Below, one piece after another: positions 41,303-55,792 of a stretch of 64,000 nt of DNA (the first letter of the stretch is position 1; every line of letters begins with the position of its first letter). The notes below the pieces were generated by a model. The model saw only the letters and a list, made by a program, of their open reading frames with translations. It did not search any database and was not told where the DNA came from. The stretch spans positions 104,780,001 through 104,844,000 of the forward strand of contig OX597821.1 in assembly GCA_951406725.2 (NCBI GenBank). Direction: 5' to 3'. Source of the DNA: Octopus vulgaris. Its lineage: Eukaryota. The position numbers and the translations under genes were made by a program.

Positions 41303-41699
41303 TTATAATATAAACTGTGTCCTCTTCAAACGCATGTACTTATCCCAGAACTCCGGAGTCGGTTGGAGATTCGGGTGCAGATATTATATTTGTGTGAAGT
41401 ATGCGTAAGAATTCCGAAAGACTTGAAAAATAGTGTTTGCGGAGTACTTAGATATTGAACAAGAAATTGTGAAAACACTTTTCGTATTAGCTATTCACCA
41501 TTGCACGGGTTTCACTTCTATATATGTACAAAATTGTACCTGTAGTAGAAATTCTTCAGAAGGACAGCCACATCACCAGCTGTTTTATTTGATTCTCTGT
41601 CTGAAGAATTTCAGAAAGGTGATGTCATCCACGTTTCTCCTACATGTACAATTTTGTAACACCTGTTAGCAAATGAGATACGTCTAGTGCTGAATAAAT

Positions 41700-42330
41700 A
41701 ATCCTTTCTACTATAGGCACAAATCGTGACATTTGGGGGAGAGGACTGGTCGATAAAATTGACGCCAGTGCGTAACTAGTACATAATTGATCGACACCGA
41801 AAGGATGAAAGGCAATGTTGACCTCGGTGGAATTTGAAATCAGAAGGTAATAATGGGCTAAATACCGCTTAGATTTCGTCCACCATGTTAACGTTTCTGG
41901 CAGCTCACCGCCTTGTAATGCTGAAAAAATAATCGTTTCTAATCTAGGCACAAGGCTCGAAATTTTGAGTAAGGGGTCAGTCAATTAGATGGATTCCAGT
42001 ACGCAAATGGTACTTAATTTATCGACCCTTAAAGGATGAAATGCAGAGTCGAGCTTGGCGGAATTTGAACTCAAAACGTAGCGGCAGACGAAATACCTAT
42101 TTCTTTACTACTCACAAAGGACTAAACACAGAGAGGACACACAAGGACAAACAAACGGATTAAGTCGATTATATCGACCCCAGTGCGTAACTGGTACATA
42201 TTTAATCGACCCCGAAAGGATAAAAGGCAAAGTCAACCTCGGCGGAATTTGAACTCAGAACGTAATGGCAGACTAAATACGGCTATGTATTTCGCCCGGC
42301 GTGCTAACGTTTCTGCCAGCTCGTCGCCTT
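41700..42330 (-). mobile_element. SINE family A tandem trimer
   Basis: Three core units; the flank tgctgaataaataat recurs, slightly diverged, at ~41688, ~41919 and ~42335. Confidence 0.85.
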
Positions 42331-43623
42331 GTAATGATGAATAAATAATGTCAACATTGCTGTGGGTTTATGCATGAGTGGACCATTATATAGCGTTTTC
42401 ATATTTCTAAATTAAAAGAGAATAAGAGTGTAAGCGTAATGTTATCTTCAGGAAGAGTGTTTCGTATTTCTGTTTCCTTTCTCTTTTATGCTAGATGCAT
42501 GAGTGTGTGTGCGTTGTAAAGCTGAACAGGAATAACGCTTATGTTGTTTCTGATACCAACTTTAAACTGTTCAGGCATTTAATGCATTTTATTTAATGAC
42601 TCATCTAAATATAAATTTACAATATATATCCCAACATAATTACGATATACTCAACCCAACCAACGCCTTCTGGAAAATTCTTAGAGTCTCATCAATGTTT
42701 TGAAAATAAATTTGTCGAATATTATGCATCTTGGATAATAAAACTGCCAGCTTACAATAGCTGAACGACTTCGTCTTTAAAATTGCTTGGACAGATACGA
42801 AACAAGCATGTCTATAATAAATACGTTAACAATAGCTTTTTGTAGAAGAGAGACTGCGGATATCCATAGGTATGACATGTCATCGCTAAATTCTATTCTC
42901 AGAAGATACTTTCCATTTTATGCACAACTGGCACATTTCAAAACGAAATACATGGAATATAACAAAACTACTTAGCGAATATTCTAGCTTTTGAATTGAC
43001 AAAGCTGCATAAAAATTTCAGCAAAGACACTGCAAAATACAGTAAATAGCTTAAATACATTGGCAACCAATCTCCACGAAATGCATATTATAAAGAAAAA
43101 CTTAATTCATCAATGGAATAGAAAAAAAAACGGGAATGATGTACTACTCATGTAAAAGAACTCCAGACATTCTAGTATTAAACGATATTATTAGCAGACC
43201 AACATCTTGATTGACGCGTCAACAATAAATGAGCAGCCCGCTAGATGAACAACATATGTCAGACATACGATATTTTCAGTAAAATTTGTAAATGTGACCG
43301 TCATAATCTCGCCATGATCCAAAATGTTATACTGTCAATACAAGTGAATCAATTTCAAACATCACACATATACAGAGCCATTGTAATATACCAGGCCATT
43401 TTTTTTGAATGCCAGGTTGCAAAATATGAATATACAACAAACGTATATCAAAGTTTTCCCTTCAAAAGTTTATTCGATGCTAACATGGAAATGATACCAA
43501 TAGTAATATATATTGCTAATATCAATAGAAATAGAATGCTGAGTATAGCGATAGCTAAAGAAACAACTACACCAGTGTCACTATAAGATAGCTAGATGTA
43601 CAGTCATCAATAACTATCAATAA

Positions 43624-44009
43624 CTAGCAGTATCGCGCGGCGTTGCTCGGGTTCGTAAGGGAAATAACTATATAAGCATTTTTAGAGAGTTATAGCCAAA
43701 AAATGCATTAAAAATGGAAAAAAAATGATGGTAATTTTTTTTAAAAATCGTTGACTCATCGTATACATTTTTAGAGGGTTACTTCCCTTATATAATAGCG
43801 AAAAAATGCATTAAAATGGAAAAAATGATGGTAATTTTTTTTTTAAATCGAAGACTCAGCGTAGACGCGCGCTATTACTGAAAAGGGCTCGATATGAATC
43901 ACGACTATAAGATACCCGGTTTTGGTTAAACTGCACCGCAAAATGTGGGAGTAGTTAGGAATCTAAATCGTAGGAGACAGACACACAACTTGACTTTTAT
44001 ATATAAAGA
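43624..44009 (-). mobile_element. Non-autonomous Helitron
   Basis: Minus strand A|TCtttatatataaaag ... GC-rich subterminal hairpin cccgagcaacgccgcg ... CTAG|T; internal ~115-bp duplication. Confidence 0.9.
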
Positions 44010-45782
44010 TATATTTGGTAATAACATCAATTAAGTCTAGGAAACTGAAAGTAATTATCTATTTTTCTGATACTAAATAATAAGTATATATGAAAACCAA
44101 TAAATAAAGAAGAAAAAAACTAGTATGGATTTGGTAATATATGGTTTAAATTTTATAAATCTATTATCAATGTATATCTTTACACGTTTATGTGTATGGA
44201 TTTATTTGGTTGAGCAGAAACTGAAACGTCTTGTAGTATTTCTTCTAGGACTGTAGATTATGAGTTCAATTCCTTCTAAAGCTAAAAGCATCTTTTGTCT
44301 CTCAATAATTTCATTGCCACACTTGTACGAACAATAACTCAGTTTGCATACATCCACGTATAAACATGTATTTTCTCTGTATATACACGCGGGTGCGAAT
44401 AGAATAAGCTGAGGATTAATTTTTTATCCCATGATCAAACTTCAAATCTCTATATACAACCATTTAATCAGTCAGCTTTTAATGCATTATCGTCTTATAA
44501 TAATCGTTTTTTTCCTTATCTGATTCGTACTAGACCTCGTAAGATTCGTATCTTTTTTCTTAATTATATTACAACGGAGCTGTAACTAAAACAATTAAAA
44601 ATTCATGCACAGATTCTTCAGATCAGATTCAGTACGTAATTTACAAACGATTAAACGAGTTACTTGAAATAAATCATGAGCTTTTCATAAACCCAATACA
44701 AAAATGTTTCCAAACTGAATTCTTATCAAGCAATCTCACACCGTATATCTTTCCAACAATACACCGTAAAATACAATGGTGTTTAAGTATATTTCAATAA
44801 AAAAATTAGAGACTTTTAAATAGAGAAATGAAATTGCAAGAAGTTTTCCTGTCTGAGATAAGATATGTGAAATGTAAAAGTTGCAAAGTTCACCGGTAGA
44901 AAAATGTGTGCGATGCACTTAGCTGATTGTTTGCATGGTTAAAACTTTGAACAAGAAGATAAATGTTGAGTTCTTAAAAATTGGAGTTATTTTTGCTAAT
45001 ATAATTTCTGATTATCTTCTGAGGAAATTAAATTTTTTTAGTCGTCAGAGTTGAAGATTATTAGCAAAGTATATACATATATATAACAACATGTAGGCAT
45101 ATGTATATAATATCTATCTAGATTTCTCTCTTTCTCTCATTCTCTCACTCTATATATGTGTATGTATACACATGCACATTCACACAATAGAGGTAAGCAA
45201 AATATATATATATATATACGCAAACACATACCCATCCATGTATATATATGTACACACACACAACCACACACACACACACACATACACACACACACACATA
45301 CACACATATATATATATACAAATACACACATATATACATATATATACATCCACATAAAAATATTCATATACATATGTATCCGCACTAGTCTATGCATCCA
45401 TGTATGCTTATATATACATGTGTGCGTGTCGATGTATTCATTTAGGAGTCATCCCACAGCTTCATAAACACACACACAGGCACACACATACACACATATA
45501 CACTCACTCATGCATACATACAGATGTAAACTTACCTTTGTGTGTGTGTTCTCGTATGTTAAGCAAAATATACGATGGAGCTCACTGAAGATGCAAAGAA
45601 TATTTATTGAAAACAATATCTACACAAGTGTAATCTATATGTCGTGCATGCTGAAAGAGGAAAACAGCACCTATATTTACCATTCTCTTAGTTACTCCAG
45701 GAAAAACAAAACATTATATATACCAGTAATACATACATATATCTATATATATTCATACCTACATATGTATATATTTCTATAT

Positions 45783-46245
45783 TCATTATTATTATTCAGT
45801 AGTTTTATTTTTATAACGTGCTTTCACTTCACTACCGAGCGCAGCTCTGTGTGCCTTGGGTATGTGTTGTGATTTGTTGTGATGCTCTGATGGTTATTGT
45901 ATGGAAAGTGTTCTGCGTAGGATGTGTGACGTGCCTAGTAGTGCAATTTTCTGTATGTTATGTGTTTGTAAGTCCTGGTGTTTTTAGATTCCGCATTCTA
46001 TTGCCTCTATTTCCAGGTCTTTGTATTTTGAAAGTTTTTCCATTTCTTTTAGAGACACGTTGTCATATGCTGGTATTGATACATTAGAAAGCATTTTTTC
46101 TTCATGATCTCTGACAACTATATCTGGTCTGTTGGCCTTAATATCTCTATCTGTGTGTATCGGCATATCCCAGAGTGTGGTTGCTTTCTCGTTCTCTGTG
46201 ACCTTTTCTGGTGTGTGCCTAAACCATCTTTTTTTCTGTTCCCTC

Positions 46246-46248
<3 letters not shown>
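45783..46248 (-). mobile_element. Dong/R4-clade 3' fragment (RLE) flanked by (TAA)n
   Basis: MPIHTDRDIKANRPDIVVRD...VSIPAYDNVSLKEMEKLSKYKDLEIE and IQKIALLGTSHILRRTL; 3' UTR ends in aataataat and the 5' end abuts (TTA)n. Confidence 0.88.
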
Positions 46249-46298
<50 letters not shown>

Positions 46299-46299
<1 letters not shown>

Positions 46300-46833
46300 G
46301 AGTGAGAGAGCAGTTCATGCCATCAAAGTGACACTGGGGTAAAATATACGAAGCCCAATATACCCATCATGACTACCCGTCTGATAAAGGTACACCAGGC
46401 ACATGCATCACAACCATATGTGCGCGACATGGTGATCTCATATCAAGATAAACAGCACATGACCTTGCAGGTGGGGCCCAGTTAGAATTTTCTTCAAGTA
46501 GCGCTCAAACGTCCCTGAATAAGGGTTCGTTAAGGCTGTTGAAAGAAACACCCATGTTTCCAGAGGTGAACTATTCAAACCCCAAAGAATCCCTCTCAAC
46601 ACATGGCTATGATGCTCCCCCACTACTTCTGCTCGTGATCAGAGATGCACATATCGTCAGCCACTAAGGGACATGCTCAACTGGTTAAGGTCAAACAACT
46701 GACAATCAAATCTGTGGTATTGAGCAGAATATTTGCTGTAGCCCATCTTTTATACCAAGACAAAACAATGTACATGATAACACTTCCAATCAGTTAAGAT
46801 CAGAAACCACGTGAGCCACTGCCTGGTACTGCA

Positions 46834-46834
<1 letters not shown>
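46299..46834 (-). mobile_element. Non-coding ~535-bp repeat inserted in (TAA)n
   Basis: Homologous to 50038-50528 and 53704-53891; TAA-type tracts on both sides. Confidence 0.8.
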
Positions 46835-46890
<56 letters not shown>

Positions 46891-47081
46891 CATTATTATT
46901 ATTATTATTATTATTATTTTCTTAAGTTCAAATTTCGCCCAGCTCGACCTTACTTTCCATCCCTTCGGGAGTCTATGAGGTAAGTACCAGTTTGGGATTA
47001 ATGTTGATGTAATCGACTAGCCTCCCACTAAAATTTCAAGCCTTATGCCTATAGTATAAGGGATCATCATTATTATTATTA

Positions 47082-47163
<82 letters not shown>

Positions 47164-47269
47164 CATTTGTTATTACTATTATTGTTATTATTGATGTTGT
47201 TGTTGCTGTTATAATCTCATATTAAGCAGGATTTGCTAATATGTGTTACAAAACTGCATATATTATATA

Positions 47270-47616
<347 letters not shown>

Positions 47617-49223
47617 TTTTGAATTCTATTGTCTTTTTTATATTGCCAAACACAAACACACATTGCCAGAAACATATATCAATTTTCTCTTTACCTGGAA
47701 CCAGGGATTTGTTTTCTATGACAATGCATTTATTTTATAGGATTCTGGCAAATCCTGTTGTAAATATTTAACAGAGTGGTGCTAGTGTTATCACTCCTGC
47801 TCTCCAGCTTTCATACTGTGTGTGTTCGGTTGATCGTTATACCAAAGGAACGACGATATCTAAATTATCTCCGTACTGGAAAGGTACCTATGATATCACT
47901 CAAAAAACGTTCAAACGTTCACTCTCCAAAACCTTATTTCAAATTGTATCTGAACAGATATACTTACCGATATTTAAATGTGTATCTTGATCGCTATGTC
48001 ATAATGCCTAAATTCACAGGTGTTGGGCGCATCAGAATTTCAGAATTCGTTGTAGATACGCCGTGATGTTAACAACAATATTTTCGGACATGAAGAATAA
48101 TGTTAGTGAGTTATACATTCATAATTTTTTTAAAGATATCCATCTCTATCCTTTTATTTACCCACGTAAAATGCACACACACCTTAATATTGATCGAAGA
48201 ACATATAAAAGTTCAAAAGTCCGAAAGATAATACAATAATCAGTACACATCTAAATATTAATTATAGGGGAAAGTAACCTTGAATTTTGATCATACGCTT
48301 CCAGTTCCCGCACGGTTTTCAGGGGTTATTTCTTATGAATATCAATATGACGCAGGGAAACTAATCGATAATCGTTTTCCTTTAAAAGATATAATATTAT
48401 AGGTTCCCAGTAAAGCTGATAAAAAGATAATTACACTTTCCTTCAAAATATGAAAATTTTATTATAATATTCATGTCAATTATGAGTCACATTGAAACGG
48501 TAATAAACGAGATAATTCAATAATTGTTATCATATGATGACTATAAATAAACGACACTTATTTAATATGTTGCGGATTCCTACACTTAATAGAAATAGGG
48601 GCACGTGCCTCTGTTAATCCGTCTATCCATACATACATATATAGACATACATGCACATATCTATGAAAGTTTTTGTGCCTGTGTATGTTCTTTGAGTGGG
48701 CGTATGTATATAGATGTATGTGTAAGATGATAGATTAAAGTTGTAACTTCTAAAAAATTGATCGGTTCACTTTGTGCGATTTGGTTTTTGTGTAGTTATA
48801 CTTCTTTTCTAATCTGAAATCGACTTACAAACTTTTTCACATCCTGAAACACTTCGGCCACCAGAAAGAACATTAAATTAAGTTACTCACTCAAAGGACT
48901 TCAAATGACGTCAAGTACTTCATATGCACATCATTAAAAAGGAATACACTGTCCCACGTTATACACCTTGCCGTATATGCAATCATTGTACCAGCTAAAC
49001 TCACAACTTTCGTCTGCCTCCTATATTTCAAAACATGTGAATGAGCAGCAGAATGAATAGTCATCTGATGAATCATGTAGGGAAGTTCAGAAATGTCATT
49101 GACTACAAGGAAGCTCAAAGAGAGCAACCATCCATAACGATGGATCAGTCACGAAATTTATGAATACATATAATATATATGATGGGTAAGGGAAGGTAAT
49201 CTCTTACTTTACAATTTACAAGC

Positions 49224-49280
<57 letters not shown>

Positions 49281-49370
49281 GGTTTGGAGATGATGGAGAA
49301 GTAGTTTTGGTCCATATATGTAGCTCATAAATGTGCTGAGTTGCCTTGTTTCGTTTATGTTTACTCCCTC

Positions 49371-49488
<118 letters not shown>

Positions 49489-49926
49489 CATACATAAGCA
49501 AACACATACAAACAGCACTCACATATGTCATATAATATGAAAATATGTATACACGTACAGAGGTAAAAGAAACGGTTGGCTGGGGTTCCTATGACTCCAA
49601 ATGCAGAATACTGTTCCAAACAACAAGCCAAATAGACAATATTGTATCTCTACTATTATCTTTTAATATTAATTAATAACTTAAAACCGGAATCTACATA
49701 TTAATTATTAACTAATGATTTCTGTTTTCTTTTAACAGTCTACGTAAACTACGAAGCTGGTGTGAATAGAAAGCAGCTTTAAATTGGATGGAAAAATAAT
49801 GGAGTATCAAGGGACATATAATCAGGAATTCGGTGCTTATCGATTGGCGCGACAATTAAGATGAACGAGGAGATATTTAGAAGAAGACCTAGTTCAAATG
49901 TCACCATTATTTTCAGTATAATAATA

Positions 49927-49969
<43 letters not shown>

Positions 49970-49995
49970 GGAGGAGGATGATGATGATGATGATG

Positions 49996-50037
<42 letters not shown>

Positions 50038-50040
<3 letters not shown>

Positions 50041-50528
50041 TACATTGTTTTGTCTTGGTATAAAAGATATGCTACAGCAAATATTATGCTCAATACCACA
50101 GATTTGTTTGTCAGTTGTTTGACTTTAGCCAGTTGAGCTTGTCCCTTAGTGGCTGACGATATGTGCATATCTGACCACGAGCAGAAGCAGTGGGGGGGGC
50201 ATCATAGCCGTGTGTTGAAAGGTATTCTTGGAGGTTTTGGTTAATTCCCCTTTGGAAACATGGGTGGTTCGTTCAACATCCTTAATCAATCATTTTCAAG
50301 GACCTTTTGAGTGGGATGGGCTACTCGAACAGAAGAAAACTCTAACTGAGCCCCACCTGCAAGATCGTGCGCTGTTTATCTTAATATGAGATCACTATGC
50401 CACGCACATATTGTTGTGATGCATGTGCCTGGTGTACCCTTATCAGACGGGTAGTCATGATGGGTAAACTGGACTTCGTATGTTTTACCCCAGTGTCACT
50501 TTGATGACATGAACTGCTCTCTCACTCA
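50038..50528 (+). mobile_element. Second copy of the (TAA)n-inserted non-coding repeat, 5'-truncated
   Basis: Reverse complement of 46299-46775; ends ctctctcactca followed by ataat. Confidence 0.8.
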
Positions 50529-50548
50529 ATAATGATTATCATTATCAC

Positions 50549-50664
<116 letters not shown>

Positions 50665-51003
50665 GTGAAGGCGCATGGCTCAGTGGTTAGACCGTTGAGC
50701 TTACGATCGTGAGGTTGTGAGTTCGATTTCCCAAACGGGATGCTTGTTGTGTTCTTAAGCAAGACACTATATTTCACGTTGCTCCAGTTCACTCAGCTGT
50801 AGAAATGAGCTGCGACGTCACTGCGTTCCACGCTGTGTCGGCTCCTTTGACTTTCCCTTGGATAACGCTGGTGGCGTGGAGAGGTGAGGCCGGTATACAT
50901 GGGCGAATGCTGATCTTCCACGAACAATCTTGTCCGGACTTGTGCTTTGGATGGTAACTTTCTAGGTGCAATCCCATAGTCAGTCATGACCGAAGGCGGT
51001 CTC
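50665..51003 (+). mobile_element. SINE family D (tRNA head + CORE/V-like segment)
   Basis: ggcgcatggctcagtggttag A box, gagttcgatttcc B box, gttgtgttcttaagcaagacact...ccagttcactcagctg; partial second copy at 60617-60748. Confidence 0.8.
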
Positions 51004-51500
51004 AGCATTATTATTATTATTATTAAGACATACTCTTGTATAGTTCTTAATTACCAGTTAATCTTTACTTGAAAGCAGGCAATAACAAATCATCAAAGGT
51101 TTCAAGTAGGGCCTTCTCCTTAGAATGTGAGCTGTATCCTAACTTTTGGATTACCTCAAGCCTGACAATAGCTCTAATATTCTTAATATGATTTTCGAAG
51201 CCGTTGGAAACGGCTCCTAAGGCGGCAATTATCTCTGGTATCACCATTATTTTCTTCATGCCCCATAACTTACCTATGTCGTCCCACAGTGGTTAGCGTG
51301 TCTCAATCTTTTCTGTTTCCTTGCCTTTCTCCTTTGAATCGCCTGGTATTGCAACTATTATGTTTACTTGTGTTTCATCTCTTTGGATGAACATGATACA
51401 TGGTCGTCCCGCCTCTATGACTTCGTCGCACTGCATGTTATAATCCAAAAGTATTTTGTAACGTTAGTTTTACATCACTCCATCTGGATTGTGTTCATAC

Positions 51501-52873
51501 TGTTAGAATACGACCGTATGTGAGGATATTCGTTGAAATATTTCTCCTCTCGTTCAACAGCGTCCGGCCGCATCGCAGCATAACATTACGTAATGTGATG
51601 TAAGCCATAATACATGTTTAATATACAGTGTCAGAATATATGAATAAAGGACGCCAAAAACCGTTCTACTTTTATAAAGAGAAGATAGATTTTATTCACA
51701 GTGTACAGTGATGTGTTATTATTAGCGTAGTGTTGTGTCATGAATGCATGCTTATAATATTTGTGTCTGTGTGTTCGTGTGTGCGACAAAAGTACAGAAA
51801 TAAGGTGTATGCAAATACAACAGAGCATAAGAGAAATCTCAACATTTTGAGTTTAAATGAAGTTACTTTAGAGTTATTTTACCAGTTCATGTTGTACACG
51901 ATAATGAGTTCTATACAAGACTAGCAGTATCGCCCGGCGTCGCTCAGGTTTGTAAGGGAAATAACTATAAAGCATTTTTAGAGAGTTATAGCCAAAAAAT
52001 AGCAAAAAAATGATTGTAAATTTTTTGAGAGTGAAAAAAGGTGGAGTTGCGTCCCCTAGACAGTTTGCGGTTTGTGTTTCTGATTCTCGACCCCATGTCG
52101 AATTTATCAATTTTTTTCAGAACTGGGGGAACTTTTCAAAATTTTCGCTCCGTTAGTTTTGAATTATGACATTGGGCTATGTGTGTGTCAAGTTTCATCA
52201 GAATCGGTTGAAAGCCGTGGTCAGGGTGAGGGTACAAGCAAACAGACACACAGAAACACGCACAGACAAACTGCCGTTTATATAGAGAGAGAGTTGAGTC
52301 TCGGAGCTGAGATTAGTTGAGTCATTTGTTGTGCATATTTTTCTCTTGATATAGATATTCTTTCAGATATATATACTGCAACTGTTTTTCCGTGGTGAGA
52401 TTTTCACACTAACAGCATGAGTTGAATCTGTATTTATCTTGTGTACAAGTTGAAATCTTCGTAGATGGAGACGATGTTGGTGATGACGTTATGTCTGTCG
52501 CTGGTTTCCAATAGCGTCTTCATATTATATTTGGCTTGGCTGTCGTCTGCCTTTCAAACTGGAACATGGCTGAGTACGCTCTGTGTGGTCTCCGACCAAG
52601 ACCTTAAAAAGGTCTTAAGCCGAAAGGCATGAATCGTGATATGATCAGCCTATTTAAAGAGTTAAGATGGCTCAAGTGAAAAGTCCTATCCGAAAGCAGT
52701 TTACACACTGGCGCGAAATAAGTAGAGACAGACCACGCTTAGATGCTAACCAATCATAATAGTGGACACAACAAGGTTAAACTAGCCAAAGATGTTTGTA
52801 ATCTCAAACGAGATCATTCTTAATATTTTTCTCAAACAGTGAAGATAGCAATGAAGAAAACAATGTTGCTACA
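51501..52873. mobile_element. Solo LTR (TG...CA termini, 4-bp TSD; Ty3/Gypsy-like)
   Basis: Begins TGTTAG at 51501 and ends GCTACA at 52873, flanked by ATAC at 51497-51500 and 52874-52877. Excision restores the Dong frame VDQWYEHNPD. Confidence 0.8.
51921..52292 (-). mobile_element. Non-autonomous Helitron nested in the solo LTR
   Basis: CTAG|T end and hairpin nearly identical to 43624-43700; 5' end TCtctctctatataaac. Confidence 0.85.
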
Positions 52874-53703
52874 ATACCATTGGTCGACTCTCTCGAGGTT
52901 TGCTTTACCGCAAAACAGCCAGTGGACATATCTGGCTACATTTTCGTGTCTCCTTTTATATTCGCGTTCTGCAAGCTTACAGCACTTAATAACAATATGG
53001 CTTATACTGTCTATCTTCTCAGAGCACATCCTACACTGTGGCGTGTCACTGCTTCTATCAGTAGGCCCTTTAGAGTATCTGTTCTGCAGCCATTGTCAGG
53101 TTCTATTCCAATCAATCTCATCTTTTTTCTTTAATAACTGAATACACATTTTCTTGTCCTGCCAAAGTGTTTTCATCTGCGCTCTCTTCAATTGTTTTTC
53201 TTCAACTGTATTGGATCTACGAGTTTGGTCACTTTTATGGTTCCCTGCATCTTCAATGCTTCGGTCATTTTTTCTTTACTCACCTTGACATAGCAATCCA
53301 AGATATTCACTCTTTCTCTTACACAACCATCACAACGTTTTAATCTCCGTCCTCCTTTCCTTTTTACATACAATCTTGACACATCACTGTTGGGGTGTAG
53401 TTCCTAGTTCTTTGTCTTTAATTTACGTATTCTCCGGTTTATCTCTTGTAATTCATTCTTCTTCCAATATACTATTCCTGCCCCATATCTCATCAAAGCA
53501 ACCGCCCACATTTTAATTGCTCTAATCTTATAGCAGCCCTTTAGCTTCTACTGGAGCACAGGCCGAGTTCTGCTCAAATTCCTGTTCATTTGTTTCATTT
53601 TCAGTTCATTCATCTTATCTCTTTCAAAGATACCCACGTACTCATGTCCTTCCTCTCCGACTTCCTCTATACTTTCACAGCATTCCAGCTTGATTATTAT
53701 CAT

Positions 53704-53891
53704 TGTCAGCCACTAAGGGGCATGCTCAACTGGTTAAGGTCAAACAGCTGACAAGCAAATCTTTGGTATTGAGCAGAATATTTGCTGTAGCCCATCTTTT
53801 ATACCAAGACAAAACAATGTACCTGATAACACTTCCAATCAGTTAAGATCAGAAGTCCATGAGAGCCACTACCTGGTACTGCATCAGGGCA
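53704..53891 (-). mobile_element. Partial third copy of the (TAA)n-inserted repeat
   Basis: Matches 46656-46834 and extends to gcatcagggca. Confidence 0.8.
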
Positions 53892-54345
<454 letters not shown>

Positions 54346-55792
54346 GACTATTAAGACGGTTGTAGTTATTCTTCATGTTAGTAGTAGCTGTAGTCGCAGC
54401 TGTAGTTACACCAATTCTTTTCCCTAATGCCTACTTGCAATTTTTATTTCCAAAATATAAAAATCCGAAGATGGAGCGTATGTATTAATCATTCAGTGAA
54501 TAAAATTAATCATTGATGTTAATTTTATTGATTTAATGTTGAACAGATTTTTGATAACTGCATATTGATTTCTATTCCCTGATGAAGAATTCCAATTTTG
54601 ATTGCTCAAGTAGTTTCTTCATTCAGATATTGATTTCTTACATATGTAAAAAGGAAATTGGTGATCCAGTCTACATATAACGGTTCACTAGACATACTCA
54701 CATGTAGGTGTGGTATCTCGTATATTTTCCTGCCCCACAGTAGAAGTTTTCATTCAGTGATGTATAGAATATCAACATTATGTATTTGGAAGCGTGCAGC
54801 ATACCGAAGTAATCAAAGCTGCCCTGTCAAACCTATTAAAGAAACTCGTTTTTTTTTTCGTTAAGGTTTACAAATAAGGGGAAATGTATTGGCTATATAT
54901 TAAACAACTTTCATGGGTGACTGAATTAATAAGTACATTCGTAACATATTAAATTCAACATTTAATATCGTGCACAACCCTTGGTAATTATCAGCGTTTT
55001 TACACTCCAACCTAACGCCCACCAAATAATAATTTTCTCCAGAACAACAAATATATTTCAGTTCTAAGCCTTAACCGATTGATTCACATCCATGTAATAA
55101 AATATTTTAGTTTTTAATATTTCCATAGAAAGAGTTAAGCCTGGAGTATCGGTAGCACACTGAACAAAGCGTTGAATGATATTTTGTTCGGCTTGAGTCA
55201 AAATTCTTCCGAATGTCGACATTTATTATTTCGGCATCGGTGAATTTGGTACGAATCGAGCTAATTGGTCGATGTAATCGATTAGAATTCCATTCACCTC
55301 TAAATTGCAGGCCCTGTACGAAGAATAATTAATGTCCTTACTTTAGATTCACAAAATGCAGGAATTTATGTTGGAAAATTTAAACACAGCAATAACTGGA
55401 GAAAATAAAATAACAAAGCTTCATCATAATTTAACATTTTAATCTAAATTAATGACACCGTGGTATTTCTTGTAAGCGTGATCAGATTTATTTTGATGAG
55501 GGATCCTCTCACCGCAAATTATTCCCACGTCTTTTTTCTAGTAACTAAAGATAAAGTAATCAGGGACCTGGCATTTGGTTTTCCTCTTGTAATCTCTAAT
55601 CGTCGACTGCACTCAAGAGAGCTCCTACGTAGCAGATCCATCTAATCGCCCATTCACATAAATCTTCGAAATTCAAACCTTGTCGTAAGAAACTTCTGAG
55701 TAATACATAATTTGGCCCAGCTTTGATAAATTAGGCGCTCCATTGGTAATGTAACTATCTGGAACACGTTAATCAATTCAATATTTCAGTGG

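Larger units (their letters stand above)
51060..53700 (-). mobile_element. Dong/R4-clade element (RT thumb, CCHC, RLE) split by a solo LTR
   Basis: WAVALMRYGAGIVYW, HPNSDVSRLYVKRKGG, CRMCSEKIDSISHIVIKC..EYKRRH..VDQWY | EHNPD..., VIPEIIAALGAV. Confidence 0.88.

Noticed and set aside
41700-42330. Regularly recurring repeats superficially like a CRISPR array
   Set aside because: They are tandem SINE units of ~200 bp with no unique spacers and no cas genes, in a eukaryotic context.
48891-49127. 78-aa minus ORF in unique sequence
   Set aside because: No recognisable domain, and the nearest strong donor follows a stop codon.
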